In this document: piece by piece, positions 13,684 through 26,849 of the stretch
How positions within the stretch are numbered: the first letter of the stretch is position 1
Layout of the letters: each line of letters begins with the position of its first letter
Assembly: GCF_963921235.1 (NCBI RefSeq)
Contig: NC_086097.1
Span: 162,380,001 to 162,444,000 of the forward strand
Origin: Mobula hypostoma
Lineage: Eukaryota
Direction of reading: 5' to 3'
DNA: 64,000 nt
The notes under the pieces: model-generated
Told to the model about the DNA's origin: nothing
Database searches by the model: none
The model's input: only the letters and a program-made list of their open reading frames with translations
Translations under genes and position numbers: made by a program

Positions 13684-14875
13684 AACTGAAAGAAGAGTTG
13701 GTTAGAGATTTGAAAGTGGGAGGGGGAGATCCAAAATGATAGGAGAAGACAGGAGGGGGAGGGATGGAGCCAAGAGCTGGACAGGTGATTGGCAAAGGGG
13801 ATATGAGAGGATCATGGGACAGGAGGCCCAGGGAGAAGGAAAAAGTGGGGGGGGGAACCCAGAGGATGGGCAAGGGGTATAGTCAGAGGGACAGAGGGAG
13901 AAAAAGGAGAGTGAGAGAAAGAATGTGTGTATAAAAATAAATAACGGATGGGGTACGAGGGGGAGGTGGGGCATTAGCGGAAGTTAGAGAAGTCGATGTT
14001 CATGCCATCAGGTTGGAGGCTACCCAGACGGAATATAAGGTGTTGTTCCTCCAACCCGAGTGTGGCTTCATCTTTACAGTAGAGGAGGCCGTGGATAGAC
14101 ATGTCAGAATGGGAATGGGAGGTGGAATTAAAATGTGTGGCCACTGGGAGATCCTGCTTTCTCTGGCGGACAGAGCGTAGGTGTTCAGCAAAGCAGTCTC
14201 CCAATCTGCGTCGGGTCTCGCCAATATATAGAAGGCCACATCAGGAGCACCGGATGCAGTATATCACCCCAGCCGACTCACAGGTGAAGTGTCGCCTCAC
14301 CTGGAAGGACTAATGTGGCCTTCTATGTATTGGCGAGACCTGACGCAGACTGGGAGACCTCTTTGCTGAACACCTACGCTCTGTCCGCCAGAGAAAGCAG
14401 GATCTCCCAGTGGCCACACATTTTAATTCCACCTCCCATTCCCATTCTGACATGTCTATCCACGGCCTCCTCTACTGTAAAGATGAAGCCACACTCGGGT
14501 TGGAGGAACAACACCTTATATTCCGTCTGGGTAGCCTCCAACCTGATGGCATGAACATCGACTTCTCTAACTTCCGCTAATGCCCCACCTCCCCCTCGTA
14601 CCCCATCCGTTATTTATTTTTATACACACATTCTTTCTCTCACTCTCCTTTTTCTCCCTCTATCCCTCTGACTGTACCCCTTGCCCATCCTCTGGGTTCC
14701 CCCCTCCCCACTTTTTCCTTCTCCCTGGGCCTCCTGTCCCATGATCCTCTCATATCCCCTTTGCCAATCACCTGTCCAGCTCTTGGCTCCATCCCTCCCC
14801 CTCCTGTCTTCTATCATCTTGGATCTCCCCCTCCCCATCCCACTTTCAAATCTCTTACTAACTTTTCCTTCAGTT

Positions 14876-14911
14876 AGTCCTGAGGAAGGGTCTCGGCCTG
14901 AAACGTCGACT
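14876..14911 (+). ncRNA. Minimal type I hammerhead ribozyme motif (PLE-borne)
   Basis: AGTC-CTGAGGA-AGGGTCTCGGCCT-GAAAC-GTC-GACT: helix I AGTC/GACT, core CUGANGA and GAAA, GUC cleavage triplet. Confidence 0.7.
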
Positions 14912-15182
14912 GCACCTCTTCCTAGAGATGCTGCCTGGCCTGTTGCATTCACTGGCAACTTTGATGTGTGTTGCAAGTCATTTAGTATGAACATTAGGTG
15001 AATATATTGGACTTTGCAGTCAGTTCTGTAATCAAAGGCTAATATTAAACCCGTACACCCATTTCATTCTACCGTCCTCCCCATGTTCAAAAGCATCCTA
15101 AAACTTATTTCTTCAGTTTCACATCTTGGGATCAACATGTCAGGTCATTACATATTTTTTTTTAATAATTCATAGAATTCTC

Positions 15183-16415
15183 AATGGCTTTCCACGTGGC
15201 TTTAGACCACCTGGATAACACAAACACCTACATCAGGATGCTGTTCATAGATTATAGTTCAGCATTTAATACCATTATTCCCTCAATCCTGATTGAGAAG
15301 TTGCAGAACCTGGGCCTCCCTCTGCAATTAGATTCTCGACTTCCTAACCGGAAGACCACAATCTGTGCGGATTGGTGATAACATATCCTCCTCATTGACA
15401 ATCAACACTGGTGCATCTCAGGTGTGTACTTAGCCCACTGCTCTACTCTCTATGTACCCATGACTGTGTGGCTAGGCATAGTTCCAATACTATCCATAAG
15501 TTTGCTGATGATACAACCATTGTTGGTAGAATGTCAGGTGGTGAGGAGAGGGCATACAGGAGTCAGATATGCCAACTAGTGGAGTGGTGCCACAGCAATA
15601 AGCTGACACTGAACGTCAGTAAGACGAAAGAGCTGATTGTGGATTTCAGGAAAGGTAAAATGAAGGAACACATACCAATCCTCATAGAGGGATCAGAAGT
15701 GGAGAGAGTGAGCAGTTTCAAGTTCCTGGGTGTCAAGATCTCTAAGGATCTAACCTGGTCCCAACTTATTGATGCAGTTGTAAAGAGGGCAAGACAGCAG
15801 CTATACTTTAATAGGAGTTTGAAGAGATTTGGTATGTCACCAAATACACTCAAAAACTTCTATAGATGTACCTTGGAGAGCATTCTGATTCTGACAGGCT
15901 GCATCACTGTCTGGTGCGGGGGTGCGGTGGGTGGCTGCTGCACAGGACCAAAAGAAGCTGCAAAGGGTTGTAAATTTATTCAGCTCCATCTTGGGTACTA
16001 GCCTACAAAGTACCCAGGGCATCTTCAAGGAACGGTGTCTCAGAAAGGCAGTGTCCATTATTAAGGACTTCCAGCACCCAGGGCGTGCCCTTTTCTCACT
16101 GTTACCATCAAGTAGGAGGTAAGAAGCCTGAAGGCACACACTCAGCGATTCAGGGACAGGTTCTTCCCCCCCCTGCCATCCGATTTTTAAAAGGACATTG
16201 AACCCTTGGACCCTACCTCACTTTTTAAAATATATATTATTTCTGATTTTTTGCATGATTTTTAATCGATTCAATATACAGGTACTGTATGAAGTATACT
16301 GAATAGGATTTATTTCTTATTGTTTTTTTCTTCTATATTATGTATTGCATTGAACTGCTACAACTAAGTTAACAGATTTCATATCACATGCCAATGATAA
16401 TAAATCTGATTCTGA
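15183..16415 (+). mobile_element. Rex/Babar-like LINE 3' fragment
   Basis: [30 protein letters not shown]; tail AATAAATCTGATTCTGAT. Confidence 0.82.
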
Positions 16416-18064
16416 TAGCTCAGTAAAAGCCCTCCTACCCATGATATTGTCTTTTAACCTACTCTAAGATCAGTCTAATTCTTCCTTTCCACATAGCCTT
16501 ACATTTTTTTGTCTATATGTCTTACCTTTAGAATCTCCTAAATGTCCCCAATGTATCTATCTCCATCACCACCTTTGGCAGATACAGTACTCCAAGTGAG
16601 TTTTACAGAGCTGCAACATTACCTCCCAGCTCTTGAATTAAATCCCCTATTAATAAAAGCTAACACACCACGTGTTTCTCAACTGCTCATTAATTTGCCC
16701 TGCAACTTTGAAGGATCAGTGGATATGGACCTCAAGAGCCCTCTATTCCTTCATATTGTCATCCTGCCACTGACCGTGTATTCTGCCTTCAAGTTCAGCT
16801 TTCCATAGTGAACTTTCCTGGATTGAATTCCATCTGCCACTTCTCAGCCCAGGTCTCTGCAAACTCTCAACATCCTGTGAACTTCTGCACAATCCACCAT
16901 ACCACCAACTCTCGTGTCAAATGCAGACTTGCTAACCGTGCTCAATCAAGTCATTTATAAAAATTATAAAGAGCAGGGGATCCAAATAGATCCCTATGGA
17001 GCACCACTGGATTCAGACAGCATACATTCATGCTGAATTTGTTTTCTTATTCAAGAATAGGTATTTTGTTTCCTACAAAAAAGGAAAAAGAAATCTAATT
17101 ACACCAGATATATCTATTGTTAATTATCAATTTATAAGCATTAGGTTTACCTCAACGGGAAAAATCAAATTTTCTTTCTACTGGTGGTGGTGCTGTCATT
17201 TGAATGCATTACTTGTACAAAATTTTTAAAAAAAGTTCCGATTAATATTACCATTTTTGGTAGCTAAAAAAAATAAGTAAATTCTCAAATTATGAGGAGA
17301 ACAGGGAGGAGTCAGAGACTGAATGAGTTTGAAACATGAGGCTTGCATTTGTATAGGGACTTTCATAGCCTAGAAATGTTCCCAAGTGCTTTACAGCTGA
17401 GGAGGTATTTTATAAATGTAGTTTCATCTAAATAACAGTGCCCCCCCATAGTAAACCACTTGGTGTTGTATTTGAGTGATGGGAAAGAGTTTAGTTGTAA
17501 AAGGCTAAACTTACTTTGAAAAGAATCAGAAATAGTGTTTGAATCGTATTTTTGTATGCATTATTTATATATAATCTGGATTAAATTAGAAATTAAATAC
17601 AGACTATATAATAATGTTTTCAAAAATGTGAGCTCTGATTTTAATATTCCGTGAAATCTGCTGCCCCAACAGCACCCCCTCACCACCCTCGACCCCTTAA
17701 AAATACACGGACATGACTGTTAAAACTCAAAGATGTCCTTAGGAAACATCCCTGTATCCAATGTGCTGATGAAACTACTTTCCCTTGTATTCATTTGCAA
17801 AGTACTCAAGTTGCATATTCCAGGATTCTTAAAATTACAAATAAAACCTAAATGAGATCATATATTCAAAATTTAAGAATAAACTACTGTGGAATCTAAT
17901 TAGAGATATTCAATTAAACTGTGCTTGCAATTGTATATCAGGCATAACATGCACATTATATGATATTGTTTTTAAATTAGAAACAATAATAAGCTTTCAA
18001 AGAATATTCAATGCTGCAGCAGATTTGCTAATAATCATACATTTAAGTTGCAACTTAAACACCT

Positions 18065-18930
18065 CCCTACGCAACTCCCTTGTCCATTCGTCCCCCCCAT
18101 CCCTCCCCACTGATCTCCCTCCTGGCACATAACCGTGTAAGCGGAACAAGTGCTACACATGCCCTTACACTTCCTCCCTTACCACCATTCAGGGCCCCAA
18201 ACAGTCCTTCCAGGTGAGGCAACACTTCACCTGTGAGTCGGCTAGGGTGATATACTGCGTCCGGTGCTCCCGATGTGACCTTTTATATATTGGCGAGACC
18301 CGACACAGACTGGTCGACCGCTTTGCTGAACACCTACGCTCTGTCCGCCAGAGAAAGCAGGATCTCCCAGTGGCCACACATTTTAATTCCACATCCCATT
18401 CCCATTCTGGCATGTCTATCCACGGCCTCCTCTACTGTAAAGATGAAGCCACACTCGGGTTGGAGGAACAACACCTTATATTCTGTCTGGGTAGCCTCCA
18501 ACCTGATGGCATGAACATTGACTTCTCTAACTTCCGCTAATGCCTCACCTCCCACTCGTACCCCATCTGTTACTTATTTTTATACACGCATTCTTTCTCT
18601 CACTCCCTTTTTTCTCCCTCTGTCCCTCTGAATATACCCCTTGCCCATCCTCTGCGTCCCCCCCCCCCGTCTTTCTTCCCGGACCTCCTGTCCCATGATC
18701 CTCTTGTATCCCTTTTGCCAATCACCTGTCCAGCTCTTGGCTCCATCCTTCCCCCTCCTGTCTTCTCCTAGCATTTTGGATCTCCCCCTCCCCCTCCAAC
18801 TTTCAAATCCCTTACTCATTCTTCCTTCAGTTAGTCCTGACGAAGGGTCTCGTCCGGAAACGTCGACTGCACCTCTTCCTGGAGATGCTGCCTGGCCTGC
18901 TGCGTTCACCAGCAACTTTTATGTGTGTTG
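18065..18930 (+). mobile_element. 5'-truncated Penelope-like element (GIY-YIG plus 3' region)
   Basis: GIY-YIG ORF 18214-18540; 11-bp TSD CTTAAACACCT at 18054-18064 and 18931-18941. Confidence 0.9.
18833..18868 (+). ncRNA. Minimal type I hammerhead ribozyme motif (PLE-borne)
   Basis: AGTC-CTGACGA-AGGGTCTCGTCCG-GAAAC-GTC-GACT; helix II partly eroded. Confidence 0.68.
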
Positions 18931-19333
18931 CTTAAACACCTGTTATTGAGTTTCATAAGCATTATATACAGTGGGTTCAAAGTGACAATTTTGGGCAAAT
19001 CTTCAGTGTAATGACCTCTGTCAATTGTGTGGTATATTAGTAGCACAGAATTAGCACCCTTCTAATTCGCCCACACTGGTTTCTCAAGGACTTCTTGTTT
19101 TATCTTGTAGTGTGGTGAGCTAAAAACATCTTCAAGGGCACTAAATTTGAAAACTAATTTCCTGTCCTCATTAAAAGGAAATGCTTTACTGATAAGTTTT
19201 GCTGCTTCACGTGGTTTCAATTTTTTTTTAAATGTTGATAACAACATTCAGTGTTCTTCAGTATCATATTCTGGTTGTACAATGAAGTGTGCTCTAAGGT
19301 TATTTTCTCATGTGTTCTTTTTTTTTAACATAG

Positions 19334-19528
19334 GTTGTAGGTAGCATGGATGCTCATCCAAGTCGCTATTGTGCCACAGTACGTGTTCAACAACATCGAC
19401 AGGAGATTATACAGGACCTTGCTATCATGGTCAGAGAACTCCTCATTCAGTTTTACAAATCTACCCGTTTCAAGCCTACGCGTATCATATTTTACAGAGA
19501 TGGTGTTTCAGAAGGGCAGTTTCAGCAG
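19334..19528 (+). CDS. AGO2: Argonaute-2 exon (PIWI, catalytic Glu and second Asp)
   Basis: atag|GTT...CAG|gtaatg; 195 nt; [65 protein letters not shown]. Confidence 0.96.
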
Positions 19529-20075
19529 GTAATGTACAACTCACACTTAAGTCACTGCGGTATAAATTTTACTCCTTAGCTGTTTACTTAATGAATGCAA
19601 TGACTTGGTTTTATGATAAATTTTTAAAGTTTCTTGTAACTAAAGGTCTAATGTTAGCTGCTTGAATTAGTCATAGGTATAGCATATAGCTTTGGCCCGT
19701 TGAGTCACTGCTAGCCATCAATACCCCACTTTACATTCATCTTAACCCATTTTATTCTTAGACATTCCAAAAATACCCTCTCCACATATTCTACCATTCA
19801 TCTGAACACTAGAGATAATTTAAGTTTTCTAAGCAACTTGCCAGTGTGCATTTTCATGATGGAAACTGGAATACCTAGAAGAAACCCTTGCAGTCGTAGG
19901 GAGAGCATGCATACTCTACATAGGTAGCACTGGATTTCCAGATTGAGTGCAGGTTGTTTGAATTGTGTGGCAGCATTTCTACTAGTTGTGACATGGTTCC
20001 ATACAAACAAAAAAAATCTTTGAAATTGACCTGCCTGACCTTCTGAGTTCTTCCAGCATTTTGTATGTTTCTTTA

Positions 20076-21041
20076 CATAAGAACATAAGAAATAGGAGCA
20101 GCAGTAGGCAATCTGGGCTGTCGAGCCTGCTCTGCCATTGGATAAGATCGTGGCTGATCTGGCCACGGACTCATCTCCACATACCTGCCTTTTCCACATA
20201 ACCTTTAATTCCCCTACTCTGCAAAAATCTATCCAACCTTGTCTTAAATATATTTACTGAGGTCGCCTCCACTGCTTCATTAGGCAGAGAATTCCACATA
20301 TTTACCTCTCATCTCATCCTAAATCTACTCCCCCGAATCTTGAGGCTATGTTCTGGTCTCGCCTACCAGTGGAAACAATTGTCCTGTCTCTATCTTATCT
20401 ATTCCTTTCATAATTTTGTTTCTATAAGATCTCTCATTCTTCTGAATTCTGACGAGTACAGTCCCAGGTGACTCAATCTCTCCTCATAGTCTAAACCCCT
20501 CATCTCTAGAGTCAACCTGGTGAACCACCTCTGTACTGCCTCCAAAGCCAGTATACCCTTCTTCAAGTAATGAGACCAGAACTGCACACAGTACTCCAGG
20601 TGCGGCCTTACCAGTACCCTGTACAGTTGCAGCATAACCTCCCTGCTCCTAAATTTAATCCCTTTAGCAATGAAGGGCAACATTTCATTTGCCTTCATGA
20701 TGGCCTGCTGCACCTGCAAACCAACGTTTTGTGTTTCATTCAAAAGCACTCCCAAGTCTCTCTGCAGAGCAGCATGCTGCAAATTTTTTACCATTTGCAT
20801 AATAATTTGCTCTTTCATTTTTCTTTCCAAAATGGATGACCTCGCATTTACCAACGTTGTATTCCATCTGCCAGACCCTTGCCCACTCACTTGACCTATC
20901 TATATCTGTCTGCAGAGTCTCCGTATCTTCTGCACAATTTGCTTTTCCGCTCAATTTGGTATCATCAGCAAACTTAGATACACTACACTTGGTCCCTTCT
21001 TCCCGATCATTAATGTATATTGTGAACAGTTGTGGACCCAA
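20076..21041 (-). mobile_element. CR1 LINE 3' fragment
   Basis: LGPQLFTIYIND, KFADDTKL, LVRPHLEYCVQFWS; CATAAGAA tandem tail on +. Confidence 0.85.
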
Positions 21042-22692
21042 CGTCGACTTCACTGATTGCCAACCAAGTAGCATTACCTGCTACTTACCTGTGCCTCCTC
21101 ACAGATGCCTCTTGAGTCAAAGCCTCAAGTTCACACTCCTATTGTGATCCACACACACAATGGCTGCTCTGCTTTGATCATGCTTTGCTTTTATTTGCTA
21201 CTGCTAATGAACTTCAAATTGATTGGTGCACTGCTAATGTGCGAAGCCCTGCGAAACACCCCTTTTTTTAAAAAAATCTTCTCCCTGACCTGTGCGAAGC
21301 TCGCTCTCTCTGAATCGATAACCGCTAATCCCTTCATACTTGACTTGGCAAGATTATCATAACAAGTGTGATTCGATGTGAAATTGGAATATGACATAAT
21401 GCTCGTGCATAAATGAAGGAATTATTTAATGATTTAAATAAATAATCATTTAATGATTTTCAACAAGTTAACAGACCTGTAAAAAACTCTTTAATTTGAT
21501 GGCTAGTATTATTGACAAAATCTTTTGGGAAGGGGGGCCCAAGCTGATGCAGTCTTTCATTGTTTATATTATGCTTATTATTCTATTATGGGTTTATTGA
21601 GTATTCCTGCATGAAAATTAATCTTAAGGTTGTATATAGTGCTATATACTTTGATAATAAATTTACTTTGAATGCTCTTTATTGTGTTATGGATCATTTT
21701 AATGAAGAACTCTACTTGAAGAATGAAACACACTTGATTTGCTTTCAAATTTATATTATGCTGACTTTATCCAAGTGCAGATTCTGTGCATGTTAATAAA
21801 CATAATACCTCAAGTGTACGTCTGTTTTTATGCACTAACTTGAAACATATTCGAATGGTGCCATGTTTCCCAAATGCATTATCACGTGGCTTTTCATTTT
21901 ATCATTTCACTTTGTGTAGGATCTTGTGGCCACTTTATTAAATGCCTTTAGATACCTATATGAGGCTGGAAAACAACAGGTAACATTTTCTTGGACAAGT
22001 AGAATTCCAGTAGACCTCCTGTAACTTGATGGAATCCATGATAAAGACCATTGGATTGCATCACCTTCTCTTCCACCCCCACCCTCCCAAATCCACTACT
22101 CACTTACTGCCTCTACCCTTTGACCTGTTTGGCCTCTTAACCCTACCGAGAGCCAAAGCACAAGACCCTGACCTCGGCCAACATAGCTCTCCAGGTCATT
22201 GAGGCACACAAGCCTCCGTATCTCTACGACAAGGTTGTGGTCTTCTTAGGGGTCACATCCACTGCACTAATAATTTAATTCCTTCATCTGCAGCAGTGGC
22301 TGTAGGGTGCACCATTTTAAAAACAACTGGCTTTGAGGCTCTTTTGACAACATTTCCAAAATATTCGACCTTCATGGATTGCAAAACCATTAAGTGCAAG
22401 GGAATGTCATTGGTAAGGTTCCTTATGTCATTCACATAATTTTAACTTGGATTTTTATCATTTTTGTTACATTGCCACTTCGTCAATACCTTGAACTTTT
22501 CCAAACAGCACCATTGTTCAAGATGGTAGTTCGCTTCTGATAAGTAGGAATGCTGACCATTCCAGCAATGCACGAAATATAACAACAGATCTAATTTTAA
22601 TTAACTTGTATGCTTGGATTTTTGTTCCATTTTTTAAAATTTCACATCAGTACTTACAGTTAAAGTAACATTGTTGTAAATTACTTTCTTAG

Positions 22693-22827
22693 GTGCTTCA
22701 CCATGAGTTGCTAGCCATTCGTGAAGCATGTATAAAGCTGGAAAAGGACTACCAGCCTGGCATTACTTTCATTGTGGTTCAGAAACGACATCATACCAGA
22801 CTGTTCTGTACTGACAAGAATGAAAGG
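22693..22827 (+). CDS. AGO2: Argonaute-2 exon (PIWI)
   Basis: ttag|GTG...AGG|gtaagt; 135 nt; [45 protein letters not shown]. Confidence 0.96.
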
Positions 22828-24080
22828 GTAAGTGGTTTTCATTCTAGAGAAATGTCTTCTGCTGTTTTTGTCAGTAGGATTCTTACTAGATGTAACTTAA
22901 ATAAATGCCAAGCAAATCCAGGTTGTATTGACTCTGCCTCCTATTTCTTGTATACACTGTCACCTTTTAAAAAAGGATCTTATATAGTCCAAATTACCCC
23001 CTATATCACAAGCATGTAATAGAAATATAAAATTTGTGTGATTTCTCAAATTTCAAGGTATAAAGCAAATGCATTTCTATATTTTCTCTAATCCTCTGTA
23101 GCTTAAGGAGTGATGACATAGGATTGGAGAGCTGCCAACATTGTCATCGTAATCATCACAGACACATTCAGACTTTAGAAACTGTAGATTATATACACTT
23201 GTTCTAACCTTTGCTATACTTGAAGATGGACTTTCTATGCCAATAAATTTCACGACACATCAAGTCAGGTCTTAAAATTAATTTCCTCCTATAGATGGTC
23301 ATAGTCAATCTGAGTTTTCCCTCTCCAGGGCTCAAGCCTTGGCATGGGAACATGGAAACCCTGTATCACTAGGTTCTAGAGGGGAAGTATGTACCAATGC
23401 TGTTTGATATGAGCTCAGCTACTGGAGTTGAAAAATATTATTGAGACTCCATTCCTGATTTTGCATCTCTCCCAAGATTTCCCATAAGACCGTAGAGTTT
23501 TAGATTAAAGTTTGTGTTTCAGGTTTTTTACTTCTAAATATGCATGGAAAAGATTGAATTACATAATAGAGAACCTGGTAACATTTTCTAAAGATAAGAC
23601 ATTTTTCCTGTTGCTTTAATACTTAGTTATCATTCATTTACCACCCAAGCTGTCACATTGCTTAAAGCATTAGGTTTGAAGGTACCTCGCCTTTGTATTG
23701 ATCAGTAATAATGTCTGTGTTACATAAAAGCCAGGGAGAGATGTGACTTTCAGATTGAGACACTTGCCTTTGGGCATTTCATGGAACTTATTCTCACTAC
23801 CAGCTCAACAAAATGCTCTTGAGAGGAATTGCTAATTTTATTCCACTACTAAAAATGGGAGGGAAGGGATAGGCTATGTAATTAAAGCCAGTTCTAATGA
23901 AGCATAACTAACTCAGTTTTTCTCTCTCTACCTAAGTTGTCTGCTATTGTTTACTTCCATTACTTTACTTAAATTTCAAATTTGTAACGTTTTCATTTAA
24001 AAAATTTTAAATTTCAGGGCTTTAGTCCAAACACTAAGCATATCAGGCAGCAGTTGTGGAAATAGGACTTTTAGATTCTA

Positions 24081-25248
24081 CCAGACAACGGGGTGACCCG
24101 TTGGGGCACCCTTTGAGAGAAGGGTAGTGCAGTCTGATGTGACCAAAATGAACATTAAATTTTTCTGAATGATATTGGTATCGCTTTGCTTTGGAAATTG
24201 AAGAAGAAAACCTCAGTTTACTAAAGAAGAACGATGTGTAGCAAGGCAAATATAGCTCCTCTTCATTTAACGAAGGACACTTTTGATGGCATCATTTCTG
24301 GTTGATCTGCCACCCTTGTGCCTGTCGTTGTCATTCTGGAGACGTGCAGTCCTTTCATCTGCAGTCTCTTCATGTCTTCTGCTGTTTGTTCTTTGTCTCT
24401 GATCCTGGAGACGTGCATTTCTCAGCTCCTTTGTCTCTTCATCTCTCCTCCTTCTATGCCAGTTGTCATTTTTGAGACGTGCATGCCTCTCCTCCTCTGT
24501 CTCTTCTTCTCTCATCTTCCTTGTCCTGACTCTTTGATCCTGGAGTCGTGCGGCCCTGGCCTCATCTGATTCTTGTTCTGTCCCTCTCCTTGCCGCTTCC
24601 CAACGACGTTTGGCGTCATCTCTTGACCATAATGTCCCCCTTCTCTTTCCACGCAGCATAATTAGGCTGACCATATTTTCTTTACCCTAATGCTGGGATA
24701 GTAACACCACAGCCTCCAGGATGCTGATTATTCCTGATGATGTTGTTGGTGCTCTCCTAAATGGACACGATATAGTCACCGCTGTCCTTTGACTGCAGCA
24801 AAGGGTTTGATGGGTGTCTCGAAGTACGTCATTACAATAAGATTTAATTATCTCTTATTGATGGGTGACAGTTACATCTGTCCCAATCCTGCACATGTTG
24901 ATGGCGATTAGCAGAATGTGATTGCTCGATAAAGCTGCCCTGCCTTTTGTTCCGGTTGGTGTCATTGCTGTGAGTATCGTGAGTCGCTGCTGAGGCTGGC
25001 CGTGTGCATGCATCGGGCTGTCGCGTCCCGATTTCCATGATGGCGGGTCGGCTGTCGGGTTAAAAGGGAGCCTGTTGATTTTTGCCGAATGTTATATGAA
25101 TATATAACCCTGAACTTTGCCTGCATTGTGTACGTTAGCGCATTTTAATTTGATTTAGCCAAAAAGAGTGCTGCTGTAATGCACCATGTGTGCTAATTGG
25201 CGGTCACAAACAGACAGACAGAGCATGAGAGTTTTAGTAGTATATAGA
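24081..25248 (-). mobile_element. Non-autonomous Helitron (1168 bp) in an AGO2 intron
   Basis: On -: A|TCTATATACTAC... hairpin CAACGGG-TCAC-CCCGTTG ...CTGG|T; no TSD; homologous to both ends of the 52570-59434 element. Confidence 0.9.
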
Positions 25249-26484
25249 TTAAAATAAATTCTGTAAAATCATGTAAGATCCAAGTATGATCATGTTGGCC
25301 TAATTTACTTTTTTTTGAAGAGATAACAAGGCATTGGAATTGGTTCATTATTGTCACATGCACATGGGCTTGTAGCTGAGTGGACTGCAGCAAGACTTTT
25401 AAAATCCTACATGTTCAAAGTGATAGCACATGGGATCTGTGGAAAATGTCAAATTGGATCCAAAATTGGCTTTGTAGTTGGAACTAAGTAATGATTGATG
25501 GGTGTTTCTGTTGGGTTTCCTTGTTAGGATTCAATATTTGCTTCGTTTTTGTATTAATATCATAATGATATGGATTAAAATGGAGAATGCATGATAAAGA
25601 AGTGGGTGAATATTACAGAACCAGACCCCGTGATTGACTAATACATTTGGGGAAACCCACTGAGCAAGGGAATATGCAAGAAATAAGTTACCAGCGGGTT
25701 TGGTGGATCAAACGAACCATGGACTGTCTGTCTTTGGGTTGTTAAGAGTGGTGAATTGGATTGAAAGGACAGCTAATTCACTTCATCAGCTGAAGCAGTG
25801 AATAATAGAATAGGGGGGTTATGTAAATAACACTTGTTAGACTACATCATGAATTTAGTGTGCTGTTTTGGTCACCACATAATAGCGAAGATGTTAGCAC
25901 AGGAGAATGTGGTAAAGACTTGCAGGGATGTTACAAGAACATTTTGTGTGTGAAGAAATAATTGATTTTGTAGGGATGTCTTCTTTGTAATAGAGGAAGC
26001 TGAAGGAAGAATTAATTATGTTTAAAACTGTGAAACTTCAAGTAAATTGGCAAGAACATATTCTATGTGCAAAGGAGTCAGGTATTGCTTTAAAGGAACT
26101 GACAGAGGTTATGAGGAAACACTTTTACCTAAAGGAAGGCAGGGGACTGGAATTCACTGCCTGACAGGGTGGTAAAGACATTGTCACATTAAAAAAAAGC
26201 ACTTGAATATTCACTTGAAAGGTACTAATTTGCTAGATTATAGATTTTAAACTGGATTAATCCTGGTAGCATCCCTTTGATTGTAATGGACACAGTGGGA
26301 CCACTGCTTGAATGGCCTTTCTAAAGTAGAACACCGTTTTGCTTCACCTTATGTCACTAGTATAGACATTTTACTAGAAAAGAATATTCTGGGAACAGGA
26401 TTCACTTTAAATCCTTAATCTATTTAAAAGTGTTTTTTATTGTTTGGACCTTGATCTAAAATCTATTGATCTTTTATTTTGCAG

Positions 26485-26586
26485 GTTGGTAAAAGTGGCA
26501 ATATTCCAGCAGGCACAACAGTGGACACAAAGATAACGCATCCTTCAGAATTTGACTTTTACCTGTGTAGTCATGCTGGTATTCAG
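26485..26586 (+). CDS. AGO2: Argonaute-2 exon (PIWI)
   Basis: gcag|GTT...CAG|gtgggt; 102 nt; [34 protein letters not shown] (too short for the ORF track). Confidence 0.96.
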
Positions 26587-26849
26587 GTGGGTTTTTAAAA
26601 AATATATATTAATGTATCATTTAAGAAGAACACTAGTACAGAGTGATTTCTCTTCAATCCGTTTTCTTCCTTCTAAGAGAATATTTTCATGATTGACATT
26701 GTAAACTCTGTCCTTCCAGGCTTATCTAAACTTTTGTTGCCTATTAAGAAAAACAGAAAGATGTATTGGGTATCTGAATAAAAGTGATTGCAGAAGTGGA
26801 CTTCATTAGAAGCTGATTTATGGAGAAAATTTCAATGCTTTGGGTCAAG

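Larger units (their letters stand above)
13547..14973. mobile_element. Penelope-like element 3' ends, inverted double
   Basis: Left arm - (13547-14311), right arm + (14313-14973); 15-bp TSD CAAGT(T/C)ATTTAGTAT at 13532-13546 and 14974-14988. Confidence 0.9.
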
